Positions 45,451-60,300 of a stretch of DNA of 64,000 nt are shown one piece after another (the stretch's first letter is position 1; every line of letters begins with the position of its first letter). The translations under genes and the position numbers were made by a program. The DNA comes from the human T2T-CHM13v2.0 reference genome, Homo sapiens: assembly GCF_009914755.1 (NCBI RefSeq), contig NC_060927.1. One strand, 5' to 3'. The notes below the pieces were generated by a model. That model made no database searches. It was not told the origin of the DNA and worked only from the letters and a program-made list of their open reading frames with translations.

Positions 45451-47400
45451 AACATGAAAGTACATCAAATATATATTGTATTCTGTACCTAAAATATCAA
45501 AGTACACCAGATATATATTCTATAGTGTACATAAAATATAAAAGTACTCAAACTATACATTATATACTGTACATAAAATATGAAATTACATCAAATATAT
45601 ATTATATTAGGTACGTAAAATATGAAAGTACATCAAATATAGATTATATATTGTGCATAAAATATAAAAGTACCCCAAATATATATTATATACTGTACAT
45701 GAAATATCAAAATACACAAACTATATATTATATACTGTACATAATATATCAAAGTACCCAAGGTATATGTTCTATGCTGTACAAAAAATATCCAAGTACC
45801 CAAACCATGTATTATATACTGTACATAAAATATGAAATTACAACAAATATATATTTTATTCTGTACATAAAATATCAAAGTACATCAGATATATATTTTA
45901 TAGTGTACATAAAATATCAAATTACCGAAACTATACATTATATCGTGTACATAATATATGAAATTACATCAAATATATATTATATTAGGTACGTAAAATA
46001 TGAAAGTACATCAAATATAGATTATTAACTGTACATAAAATATCAAAGTACCCCAAATATATATTATATACTGTACATGAAATATCAAATTTCACAAACT
46101 ATATATTATATACTGTAGATAAAATATCAAAGTACCCAAGGTATATATTCTATACTGTACAAAAAATATCAAAGTACCCAAAGCATGTATTATATACTGT
46201 ACATAAGATATTAAAGTACATCAAATATATATTTTATCCTGTAAATAAAATATCAAAGTACACGAGATATATATTTTATAGTGTACATAAAATATCAAAG
46301 TACCCAAAATATACATTATATACTGTACATAAAATATGAAATTACATCAAATATATATTATATTAGGTACCTAAAATATGAAAGTACATCAAATATAGAT
46401 TATTAACTGTACATAAAATATCAAAGAACGCCAAATATATATTATATACTCTACATGAAATATCAACGTTCGCAAACTATATATTATATACTGTAGATAA
46501 AATATCAAAGTACCCAAGGTATATATTCTATACTGTACAAAATATATCAAAGTATCCAAAGCATGTATTATACACTGTACATAAAATATGAAAGTACATC
46601 AAATATATATATTATTCTGTACCTAAAACATCAAAGTACACGAGATATATATTTTATAGTGTACATAAAATATCAAAGTACCCAAACTATACATTATATA
46701 CTGTACATAAAATATGAAATTACATCAAATATATATTATATTAGGTACCTAAAATATGAAAGTACATCAAATATAGATTATTAACTGTATATAAAATATC
46801 AAAGTACCCCAAATATATATTATATAGTGTACATGAAATATCAAAGTTCACAAACTATATATTATATACTGTACATAAAATATCAAAGTACCCAAGGTAT
46901 ATATTCTATACTGTACAAAAAATATCAAAGTACCCAAAGCATGTATTATATACTGTACATAAAAGATGAAAGTACATCAAATATATATTTTATTCTGTAC
47001 ATAAAATATCAAAGTACACCAGATATATATTTTATAGTGTACATAAAATATCAAAGTACCCAAACTATACATTATATACTGTACATAAAATATGAAATTA
47101 CATCAAATATATATTATATTAGGTACATAAAATACGAAAGTACATCAAATATAGATTATATACTGTACATAAAATATCAAAGTACCCCAAATATATATTA
47201 TACACTCTACATGAAATATCAAAGTTCACAAACTATATATTATATACTGTACATAAAATATCAAAGTAACCAAGGTATATATTCTATACTGTACAAAAAA
47301 TATCAAGGTACCCAAAGCATGTATTATGTACTGTATATAAAATATGAATCTACATCAAATATATATTTTATTCTGTACATAAAATATCAAAGTACACCAG
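45450..47400 (+). repeat. Divergent transitional (type C-like) HORs between the A and B domains
   Basis: GATTATTAACTG at ~46020, ~46400 and ~46780, AGGTACCTAAA, and many private SNVs. Full A and B marker sets are absent. Confidence 0.65.
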
Positions 47401-50400
47401 ATATATATTCTATAGTGTACATAAAATAACAAAGTACAAAAACTATAAATTATATACTGTACATAAAATATGAAATTACATCAAATACATATTAGGTACA
47501 TAAAATATGAAAGTACATCAAATATAGATTATATACTGTACATAAAATATCAATGTACCCCAAATATATATTTAATACTCTACATGAAATATCAAACTTC
47601 AGAAACCATATATTGTATACTGTACATAAAATATCAAAATACCCAAGGTATATATTCTATACTGTACAAAAAATATCAAAGTAACCAAAGCATGTATTAT
47701 ATACTGTACATAAAATATGAAAGTACATCAAATATATATTTTATTCTGTACATAAAATATCAAAGTACACCAGATATATATTCTATAGTGTACATAAAAT
47801 ATCAAAGTACCCAAACTATACATTATACACTGTACATAAAATATGAAATTACATCAAATATATATTATGTTAGGTACATAAAATATGAAAGTACATCAAA
47901 TATAGATTATATACTGTACATTAAATACCAAAGTACCACAAATATATATTTTATACTGTACATGAAATTTCAAAGTTCACAAACTATATATTATATACTG
48001 TACATAAAATATCAATGTACCCAAGGTATATATTCTATACTGTACAAAAAATATCAAAGTACCCAAAGCATGTATTATATACTGTACATAAAATATGAAA
48101 GTACATCAAATATATATTTTATTCTGTACATAAAATATCAAAGTACACCAGATATATATTCTACAGTGTACATAAAATATCAAAGTACCCAAACTATACA
48201 TTATATACTGTACATTAAATATGAAATTACATCAAATATATATTATATTAGGTACATAAAATATGAAAGTACATCAAATATAGATTATATACTGTACATA
48301 AAATATCAAAGTACCCCAAATATATATTATATACTCTACATGAAATATCAAAGTTCACAAACTATATATTATATACTGTACATAAAATATCAAAGTACCC
48401 AAGGTATATATTCTATACTGTACAAAAAATATCAAAGTACCCAAAGCATGTATTATATACTGTACATAAAATATGAAAGTACATCAAATATATATTTTAT
48501 TCTGTACATAAAATATCAAAGTACACCAGATATATATTCTATAGTGTACATAAAATATCAAAGTACCCAAACTATACATTATATACTGTACATGAAATAT
48601 GAAATTACATCAAATATATATTATATTAGGTACATAAAATATGAAAGTACATCAAATATAGATTATATACTGTACATAAAATATCAAAGTACCCCAAATA
48701 TATATTATATACTCTACATGAAATATCAAAGTTCACAAACTATATATTATATAATGTACATAAAATATCAAAGGACCCAAGGTATATATTCTATAATGTA
48801 CAAAAAATATCAAAGTACCCAAAGCGTGTATTATATACTGTATATAAAATATGAAATTACATCAAATATATATTTTTTTCTGTACATAAAATATCAAAGT
48901 ACACCAGATATATATTCTACAGTGTACATAAAATATCAAAGTACCCAAACTATACATTATATACTGTACATAAAATATGAAATTACATCAAATATATATT
49001 ATATTAGGTACATAAAATACGAAAGTACATCAAATATAGATTATATACTGTACATAAAATATCAAAGTACCCCAAATATATATTATACACTCTACATGAA
49101 ATATCAAAGTTCACAAACTATATATTATATACTGTACATAAAATATCAAAGTAACCAAGGTATATATTCTATACTGTACAAAAAATATCAAAGTACCCAA
49201 AGCATGTATTACGTACTGTATATAAAATATGAAAGTACTTCAAATATATATTTTATTCTGTACATAAAATATCAAAGTACACCAGATATATATTCTATAG
49301 TGTACATAAAATAACAAAGTACAAAAACTATAAAATATATACTGTACATAAAATATGAAATTACATCAAATACATATTAGGTACATAAAATATGAAAGTA
49401 CATCAAATATAGATTATATACTGTACATAAAATATCAAAGTACCCCAAATATATATTATATACTCTACATGAAATATCAAAGTTCACAAACTATATATTA
49501 TATACTGTACATAAAATATCAAAGTACCCAAGGTATATATTCTATACTGTACAAAAAATATCAAAGTACCTAAAGCATGTATTATATACTGTATATAAAA
49601 TATGAAAGTACATCAAATATATATTTTATTCTGTACATAAAATATCAAAGTACACCAGATATATATTCTATAGTGTACATAAAATAACAAAGTGCACAAA
49701 CTATAAATTTATACTGTACATAAAATATGAAATTACATCAAATATATATTAGGTACATAAAATATGAAAGTACATCAAATATAGATTATATACTGTACAT
49801 AAAATATCAATGTAACCCAAATATATATTTTATACTCTGCATGAAATATAAAAGTTCACAATCCATATATTATATACTGTACATAAAATATCAAAGTACC
49901 CAAGGTATATATTCTATACTATACAAAAAATATCAAACTACCCAAAGCATGTATTACATACTGTACATAAAATATGAAAGTACATCAAATATATATTTTA
50001 TTCTGTACATAGAATATCAAAGTACACCAGATATATATTCTATAGTGTACATAAAATATCAAAGTACCCAAAATATACATTATATACTGTACATAAAACA
50101 TGAAATTACATCAAATATATATTATATTAGGTACATAAAATATGAAAGTACATCAAATATAGATTATATACTGTACATAAAATATCAAAGTACCCCAAAT
50201 ATATATTATATACTCTACATGAAATATCAAAGTTTACAAACTATATATTATGTACTGTACATAAAATATCAAAGTACCCAAGGTATATATTCTATACTGT
50301 ACAAAAAATATCAAAGTACCCAAAGCATGTATTATATATTGTACATAAAATATGAAAGTACATCAAATATATATTTTATTCTGTACATAAAATATCAAAG

Positions 50401-53400
50401 TACACCAGATATATATTCTATAGTGTACATAAAATAACAAAGTACACAAACCATAAACTATATACTGTACATAAAATATGACATTACATCAAATATATAT
50501 TAGGTACATAAAATATGAAAGTACATCAAATATAGATTATATACTGTACATAAAATATCAATGTACCCCAAATATATATTTTATACTCTACATGAAATAT
50601 CAAAGTTCACAAACTATATATTATATACTGTACATAAAATATCAAAGTACCCAAGGTATATATTCTATACTGTACAAAAAATATCAAAGTACCCAAAGCA
50701 TGTATTCTATACTGTACATAAAATATGAAAGTACATCAAATATATATTTTATTCTGTACATAAAATAACAAAGTACACCAGATATATATTCTATAGTGTA
50801 CATAAAATATCAAAGTACCCAAACTATACCTTATATACTGTACATAAAATATGAAATTACATCAAATATATATTATATTAGGTACATAAAATATGAAAGT
50901 ACATCAAATATAGATTATATACTGTACATTAAATACCAAAGTACCCCAAATATATATTTTATACTGTACATGAAATATCAAAGTTCACACACTATATATT
51001 ATATACTGTACATAAAATATCAAAGTACCCAAGGTATATATTCTATACTGTACAAAAAATATCAAAGTACCCAAAACATGTATTATATACTGTACATAAA
51101 ATATGAAAGTACAACAAATATATATTTTATTCTGTATATAAAATATCAAAGTACACCAGATATATATTATATAGTGTACATACAATATCAAAGTACCCAA
51201 ACTATACATTATATACTGTACATAAAATATGAAATTACATCAAATATATATTATATTAGATACATAAAATATGAAAGTACATCAAATATAGATTATATAC
51301 TGTACATAAAATATCAAAGTACCTATGATATATATTCTATACTGTACAAAAAATATCACAGTACCCAAAGCGTGTATTATATACTGTACATAGAATATGA
51401 AAGTACATCAAATATATATTTTATTCTGTACATAAAATATCAAAGTACACCAGATATATATTCTATAGTGTACATAAAATATCAAAGTACCCAAACTATA
51501 CATTATATACTGTACATAAAATATGAAATTACATCAAATATATATTAGGTACATAAAATATGAAAGTACATCAAATATAGATTATATACTGTACATAAAA
51601 TATCAAAGTACCCCAAATATATATTATATACTCTACATGAAATATCAAAGTTCAGAAACTATATATTATATACTGTACATAAAATATCAAAGTACCCAAG
51701 GTATATATTCTATACTGTACAAAAAATATCAAAGTATCCAAAGCATGTATTATATACTGTATATAAAATATGAAAGTACATTAAATATATATTTTATTCT
51801 GTACATAAAATATCAAAGTACACCAGATATATATTCTATAGTGTACATAAAATATCAAAGTACCCTAACGATACATTATATACTGTACATAAAATATGAA
51901 ATTACATCAAATATATATTATATTAGGTACATAAAATATGAAAGTTCATCAAATATAGATTATATACTATACATAAAATATCAAAGTACCCCAAATATAT
52001 ATTATATACTCTACATGAAATATCAAAGTTCACAAACTATATATTATATACTGTACATAAAATATCAAAGTACCCAAGGTATATATTCCATACTGTACAA
52101 AAAATATCAAAGTATCCATAGCATGTATTATATACTGTATATAAAATATGAAAGTACATTAAATATATATTTTATTCTGTACAGAAAATATCAAAGTACA
52201 CCAGATATATATTCTATAGTGTACATAAAATATAAAAGTACCCAAACTATACATTATATACTGTACATAAAATATGAAATTACATCAAATATATATTATA
52301 TTAGGTACATAAAATATGAAAGAACATCAAATATAGATTATATACTGTACATTAAAAACCAAAGTACCCCAAATATATATTTTATACTGTACATCAAATA
52401 TCAAAGTTCACAAACTATATATTATATACTGTACATAAAATATCAAAGTACCCAAGGTATATATTCTATACTGTACAAAAAATATCAAAGTACCCAAAGC
52501 ATGTATTATATACTGTACATAAAATATAAAAGTACATCAAATACATATTTTATTCTGTACATAAAACATCAAAGTACACCAGATATATATTCTATAGTGT
52601 ACATAAAATATCAAGGTACCCAAACTATACATTATATACTGTACATAAAATATGAAATTACATCAAATATATATTATATTAGGTACATAAAATATGAAAG
52701 TACATCAAATATAGATTATATACTGTACATAAAATATCAAAGTACCCCAAATATATATTATATACTCTACATGAAATATCAAAGTTCACAAACTATATAT
52801 TATATACTGTACATAAAATATCAAAGTACCCAAGGTATATATTCTATAGTGTACAAAAAATATCAAAGTATCCAAAGCATGTATTATATACTGTATATAA
52901 AATATGAAATTACATTAAATATATATTTTATTCTGTACATAAAATATCAAAGTACACCAGATATATATTCTATAGTGTACATAAAATAACAAAGTACACA
53001 AACTATAAATTATATACTGTACATAAAATATGAAATTACATCAAATATATATTAGGTCCATAAAATATGAAAGTACATCAAATATAGATTATATACTGTA
53101 CATATAATATCAATGTACCCCAAATATATATTTTATACTCTACATGAATTATCAAAGTTCACAAACCATACATTATATACTGTACATAAAATATCAAATT
53201 ACCCAAGGTATATATTCTATAGTGTACAAAAAATATCAAAGTACCCAAAGCATGTATTATATACTGTACATAAAATATGAAAGTACATCAAATATAGATT
53301 ATATACTGTACATAAAATATCAAAGTACCCCAAATATATATTATATACTCTACATGAAATATCAAAGTTCACAAGCTATATATTATATACTGTACATAAA

Positions 53401-54550
53401 ATATCAAAGTACCCAAGGTATATATTCTATACTGTACAAAAAATATCAAAGTATCCAAAGCATGTATTATATACTGTATATAAAATATGAAAGTACATTA
53501 AATATATATTTTATTCTGTACATAAAATATCAAAGTACACCAGATATATATTCTATAGTGTACATAAAATAACAAAGTACACAAACTATAAATTATATAC
53601 TGTACATATAATATGAAATTACATCAAATATATATTAGGTACATAAAATATGAAAGTACATCAAATATAGATCATATACTGTACATATAATATCAATGTA
53701 CCCCAAATATATATTTTATACTCTACATGAAATATCAAAGTTCACAAACCATACATTTTATACTGTACATAAAATATCAAAGTACCCAAGGTATATATTC
53801 TATACTGTACAAAAAATATCAAAGTACCCAAAGCATGTATTATATACTGTATATAAAATATGAAACTACATCAAATATATATTTTATTATGTACATAAAA
53901 TATCAAAGTACACCAGATATATATTCTATAGTGTGCATAAAATATCAAAGTACACAAACTATACATTATATACTGTACATAAAATATGAAATTACATCAA
54001 ATATATATTAGGTACATAAAATATGAAACTACATCAAATATAGATTATATACTGTACATAAAATATCAAAGTACCCCAAATATATATTATATACTCTACA
54101 TGAAATATCAAAGTTCACAAACTATATATTATATACTGTACATAAAATATCAAAGTACCTATGATATATATTCTATACTGTACAAAAAATATCACAGTAC
54201 CCAAAGCGTGTATTATATACTGTACATAGAATATGAAAGTACATCAAATATATATTTTATTCTGTACATAAAATAGCAAAGTACACCAGATATATATTCT
54301 ATAGTGTACATAAAATATCAAATTACCCAAACTATACATTATATACTGTACATAAAATATGAAATTACATCAAATATATATTAGGTACATAAAATATGAA
54401 AGTACATCAAATATAGATTATATACTGTACATAAAATATCAAAGTACCCCAAATATATATTATATACTCTACATGAAATATCAAAGTTCAGAAACTATAT
54501 ATGATATACTGTACATAAAATATCAAAGTACCCAAGGTATATATTCTATA
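47400..54550 (+). repeat. HOR type-B domain 2
   Basis: m2 5-bp deletion HORs at ~47490, 49375, 49745, 50495, 51540, 53050, 53630, 54005 and 54378, plus CTCTACATG and CAATGTACCC markers. Confidence 0.85.
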
Positions 54551-57320
54551 CTGTACAAAAAATATCAAAGTACCCAAAGCATGTATTATATACTGTACAT
54601 AAAATATGAAAGTACATCAAATATATATTTTATTCTGTACATAAGATATCAAAGTACACCAAATATATATTCTATAGTGTACATAAAATATCAAAGTACC
54701 AAAACTATACATTATATACTGTACATAAAATATGAAATTACATCAAATATATATTATATTAGGTACATAAAATATTAAAGTTCATCAAATATAGATTATA
54801 TACTGTACATAAAATACCAAAGTACCCCAAATATATATTTTATACTGTACATGTAATATCAAAGTTCACAAACTATATAGTATATACTGTACATAAAATA
54901 TCAAAGTACCCAAGGTATATATTCTATACTGTGCAAAAAATATCAAAGTACCCAAAGCATGTATTATATACTGTACATAAAATATTAAAGTACTTCAAAT
55001 ATATATTTTATTCTGTACATAAGATATCAAAGTAAACCGAATATATATTCTATACTGTACATAAAATATCAAAGTACCCAAACTATACATTATATACTGT
55101 ACATAAAATATGAAATTACATAAAAATATATTAAATTAGGTACATAAAATATGAAAGTACATCAAATATAGATTATATACTCTACATAAAATATCAAAGT
55201 ACCCCAAATATATATTATATACTGTACATGAAATATCAAATTTCACAACCTATAATTTATATACTGTACATAAAATATGAATATACCCAAGGTACATATT
55301 CTATACTGTACAAAAAATATCAAAGTACCCAAACCATGTATTATATACTGTACATAAAATATGAAATTACATCAAATATATATTTTATTCTGTACATAAA
55401 TTTTCAAAGTACACCGAATATATATTCTATAGTGTACATAAAATATCAAAATACCTAAACTATACATTATATACTGTACATAAAATATGAAATTAAATCA
55501 AATATATATTATATTAGGTACATAAAATATGAAAGTACATCAAATATAGATTATATGCTGAACAAAAAATATCAAAGTACCCCAAATGTATATTATATGC
55601 TGTACATGAAATATCAAAGTTCACAAACTATATATTATATACTGTACATAAAATATCAAAGTACCCAAGGTATATATTCTATACTGCACAAAAAATATCA
55701 AAGTACCCAAAGCATGTATTATATACTGTACATAAAATATGAAAGTACATCAATTATATATTTTATTCTGTACATAAAATAAGAAAGTACACCAGATATA
55801 TATTTTATAGCGTACATAAAATATCAAAATACCCAAACTATACATTACATACTGTATATAAAATATGAAATTACATCAAATATATATTATATTAGGAACA
55901 TAAAATATGAAAGTACATCAAATATAGATTATTAACTGTACATAAAATATCAAAGAACCCCAAATATATTTTATATACGGTACATGAGATATCAAACTTC
56001 ACAAACTATATATTATATACTGTACATAAAATATCAAAGTACCCAAGGTATATATTATATACTGTACAAAAAATATCAAAGTACCCAAAGCATGTATTAT
56101 ATACTGTACATAAAAGATGAAAGTACATCAAATATATATTTAATTCTGTACATAAAATATCAATGTACACCAGATATATATTTTATAGTGTACATAAAAT
56201 ATCAATGTACCCAAACTATACATTATATACTGTACATAAAATATGAAATTACATCAAATATATATTATATTAGGTACCTAAAATATGAAAGTACATCAAA
56301 TATAGATTATTAACTGTACATAAAATATCAAAGAACCCCAAATATATATTATATACTGTACATGAAATATCAAAGTTCACAAACTATATATTATATACTG
56401 TACATAAAATATCAAAGTACCCAAGGTATATATTCTATACTATACAAAAAATATCAAAGTACCCAAAGCATGTATTATATACTGTACATAAAAGATGAAA
56501 GTACATCAAATATATATTTTATTCTGTACATAAAATATCAAAGTACACCAGATATATATTCTATAGTGTACATAAAATATCAAAGTACCCAAACTATACA
56601 TTATATACTGTACATAAAATATGAAATTACATCAAAAATATATTATATTAGGAACATAAAATATGAAAGTACATCAAATATAGATTATATACTGTACATA
56701 AAATATCAAAGTAACCCAAATATATATTATATACTCTACATGAAATATCAAAGTTCACAAACTATATATTATATACTGTAAATAAAATATCAAAGTACCC
56801 AAGGTATATAATCTATACTGCACAAAAAAATATCAAAATAACCAAAGCATGTATTATATACTGCACATAAAATATGAAAGTACATCAAATATATATATTA
56901 TTCTGTACATAAAATATCAAAGTACACCAGATATATATTTTATAGTGTACATAAAATATCAAAATACCCAAACTATACATTATATACTGTACATAAAATA
57001 TGAAATTACATCAAATATATATTATATTAGGTACATAAAATATGAAAGTACATCAAATATAGATTATATACTGCACATAAAATATAAAAGTACCCCAAAT
57101 ATATATTATATACTGTACAGGAAATATCAAAATACACAAACTATATATTATATACTGCACAAAAAATATCAAAGTACCCAAAGCAAGTATTATATACTGT
57201 ACATAAAAGATGAAAGTACATCAAATATATATTTTATTCTGTACATAAAATATCAACGTACACCAGATATATATTTTATAGTGTACATAAAACATCAATG
57301 TACACAAATATACATTATAT
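54550..57320 (+). repeat. Divergent (type C) HOR domain
   Basis: AAGATATCAAAGTAAACC (~55020), GAATATACCC (~55280), AGGAACATA/TTAACTG/ATGAGATATCAAACTTC (55890-56000) and an 8-mer lacking m6 (~57155), all shared with 3200-11300. Confidence 0.7.
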
Positions 57321-60300
57321 ACTGTACATAAAATAAGGAATTACATCAAATATATATTATATTAGGTACGTAAAATATGAAAGTACATCAAATATAGATT
57401 ATATACCATACATAAAATATAAAGGAACCCCAAATATATATGATATACTGTACTTGAAATATCAAAGTTCACAAACTATATATTATATACTGTAGATAAA
57501 ATATCAAAGTACCCAAGGTATATATTCTATACTGTAAACAAAATATCAAAGTACTCAAAGCATGTATTATATACTGTACATAAAATATGAAAGCACATCA
57601 AATATATATTATATTAGGTACATAAAATATGAAAGTACATAAAATATAGATGATATACTGTACATAAAATATCAAAGTAGCCCAAATATATATTATACAG
57701 TGTACATGAAATATCAAAATTTACAAAATATATATTATATAATGTACATAAAATATCAAACTACCCAAAGCAAGTATTATATACTGTATATAAAAGATGA
57801 AAGTACATCAAATATATATTTTATTCTGTACATAAAATATCAAAGTACACCAGATATATATTTTATAGTGTACATAAATTATCAAGGTACCCAAACTATA
57901 CATTATATACTGTACATAAAATATGAAATTACATCAAATATATATTATATTAGGTACGTAAAATATGAAAGTACATCAAATATAAATTATATACTGTACA
58001 TAATATATAAAAGAACCCCAACTATATATTATATACTGTACATGAAATATCAAAATACACAAACTATATATTATATACTGTACATAAAATATCAAAGTAC
58101 CCAAGGTATATATTCTATACTGTACAAAAAATATCAAAGTACCCAAAGCATGTATTATATACTGTACATAAAATATGAAAGTACATCAAATATATATTTT
58201 ATTCTGTACATAAAATAACAAAGTACACCAGATATATATTTTATAGTGTACATAAAATATCAAAGTACCCAAACTATACATTACATACTGTACATAAAAT
58301 ATGAAAGAACATCAAATATATATTATATTAGGTACGTAAAATATGAAAGTACATCAAATATACATTATATACCATACATAAAATATAAAGGAACCCCAAA
58401 TATATATGATATACTGTACATGAAATATCAAAGTTCACAAACTATATATTATATACTGTAGATAAAATATCAAAGTACCCGAGGTATATATTCTATACTG
58501 TACAAAAAATATCAAAGTACCCAAAGCATGTATTATATACTGTACATAAAATATGAAAGTACATCCAATATATATTTTATTCTGTACATAAAATAACAAA
58601 GTACACCAGATATATATTTTATAGTGTACATAAAATATCAAAGTACCCAAACTATACATTACATACTGTACATAAAATATGGAATTACATCAAATATATA
58701 TTATATTAGGTACGTAAAATATGAAAGTACATCAAATATAGATTATATACCATACATAAAATATAAAGGAACCCCAAATATATATGATATACTCTACATG
58801 AAATATCAAAGTTCACAAACTATATAATATATACTGTAGATAAAATATCAAAGTACCCAAGGTATATATTCTATACTGTAAAAAAAATATCAAAGTACCC
58901 AAAGCATGTATTATATACTGTACATAAAATATGAAAGCACATCAAATATATATTATATTAGGTACATAAAATATGAAAGTACATAAAATATAGATGATAT
59001 ACGATACATAAAATATCAAAGTAGCCCAAATATATATTATACAGTGTACATGAAATATCAAAATTTACACAATATATATTATATAATATACCTAAAATAT
59101 CAAAGTACCCAAAGCAAGTATTATATACTGTACATAAAAGATGAAAGTACATCAAATATATATTTTATTCTGTACATAAAATATAAAAGTACACCAGATA
59201 TATATTTTATAGTGTACATAAAATATCAAGGTACCCAAAGTATACATTATATACTGTACAAAAAATATGGAATTACATCAAATATATATTATATTAGGTA
59301 CGTAAAATATGAAAGTACATCAAATATAGATTATATACCATACATAAAATATAAAGGAACCCCAAATATATATGATATACTGTACATGAAATATCAAAGT
59401 TCACAAACTGTGTATTATATACTGTAGATAAAATATCAAAGTACCCAAGGTATATATTCTATACTGTAAAAAAATATCAAAGTACCCAAACATGTATTAT
59501 ATACTGTACATAAAATATGAAAGTACATCAAATATATATTTTATTCTGTACATAAAATAACAAAGTACACCAGATATATATTTTATAGTGTACATAAAAT
59601 ATGAAATTACCCAAACTATACATTATATACTGTACATAAAATATGGAATTACATCAAATATATATTATATTAGGTACGTAAAATATGAAAGTACATCAAA
59701 TATAGATTATATACCATACATAAAATATAAAGGAACCCCAAATATATATGATATACTGTACATGAAATATCAAAGTTCACAAACTATATATTATATACTG
59801 TAGATAAAATATCAAAGTACCCAAGGTATATATTCTATACTGTAAAAAAAATATCAAAGTACCCAAAGCATGTATTATATACTGTACATAAAATATGAAA
59901 GCACATCAAATATATATTATATTAGGTACATAAAATATGAAAGTACATAAAATATAGATGATATACTGTACATAAAATATCAAAGTAGCCCAAATATATA
60001 TTATACAGTGTACATGAAATATCAAAATTTACAAAATATATATTATATAATGTACATAAAATATCAAAGTACGCAAATCAAGTATTATATACTGTACATA
60101 AAAGATGAAAGTACATGAAATATATATTTTATTCTGTACATAAAATATCAAAGTACACCAGATATATATTTTATAGTGTACATAAAATATCAAGGTACCC
60201 AAACTATACATTACATACTGTACATAAAATATGGAATTACATCAAATATATATTATATTAGGTACGTAAAATATGAAAGTACATCAAATATAGATTATAC

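Noticed and set aside
11340-54778. Recurrent 'MKLHQIYIR' N-terminus as a conserved leader peptide
   Set aside because: It is an out-of-frame ATG in m2 brought into the open frame by the 5-bp deletion, so it only marks the 373-bp HOR.
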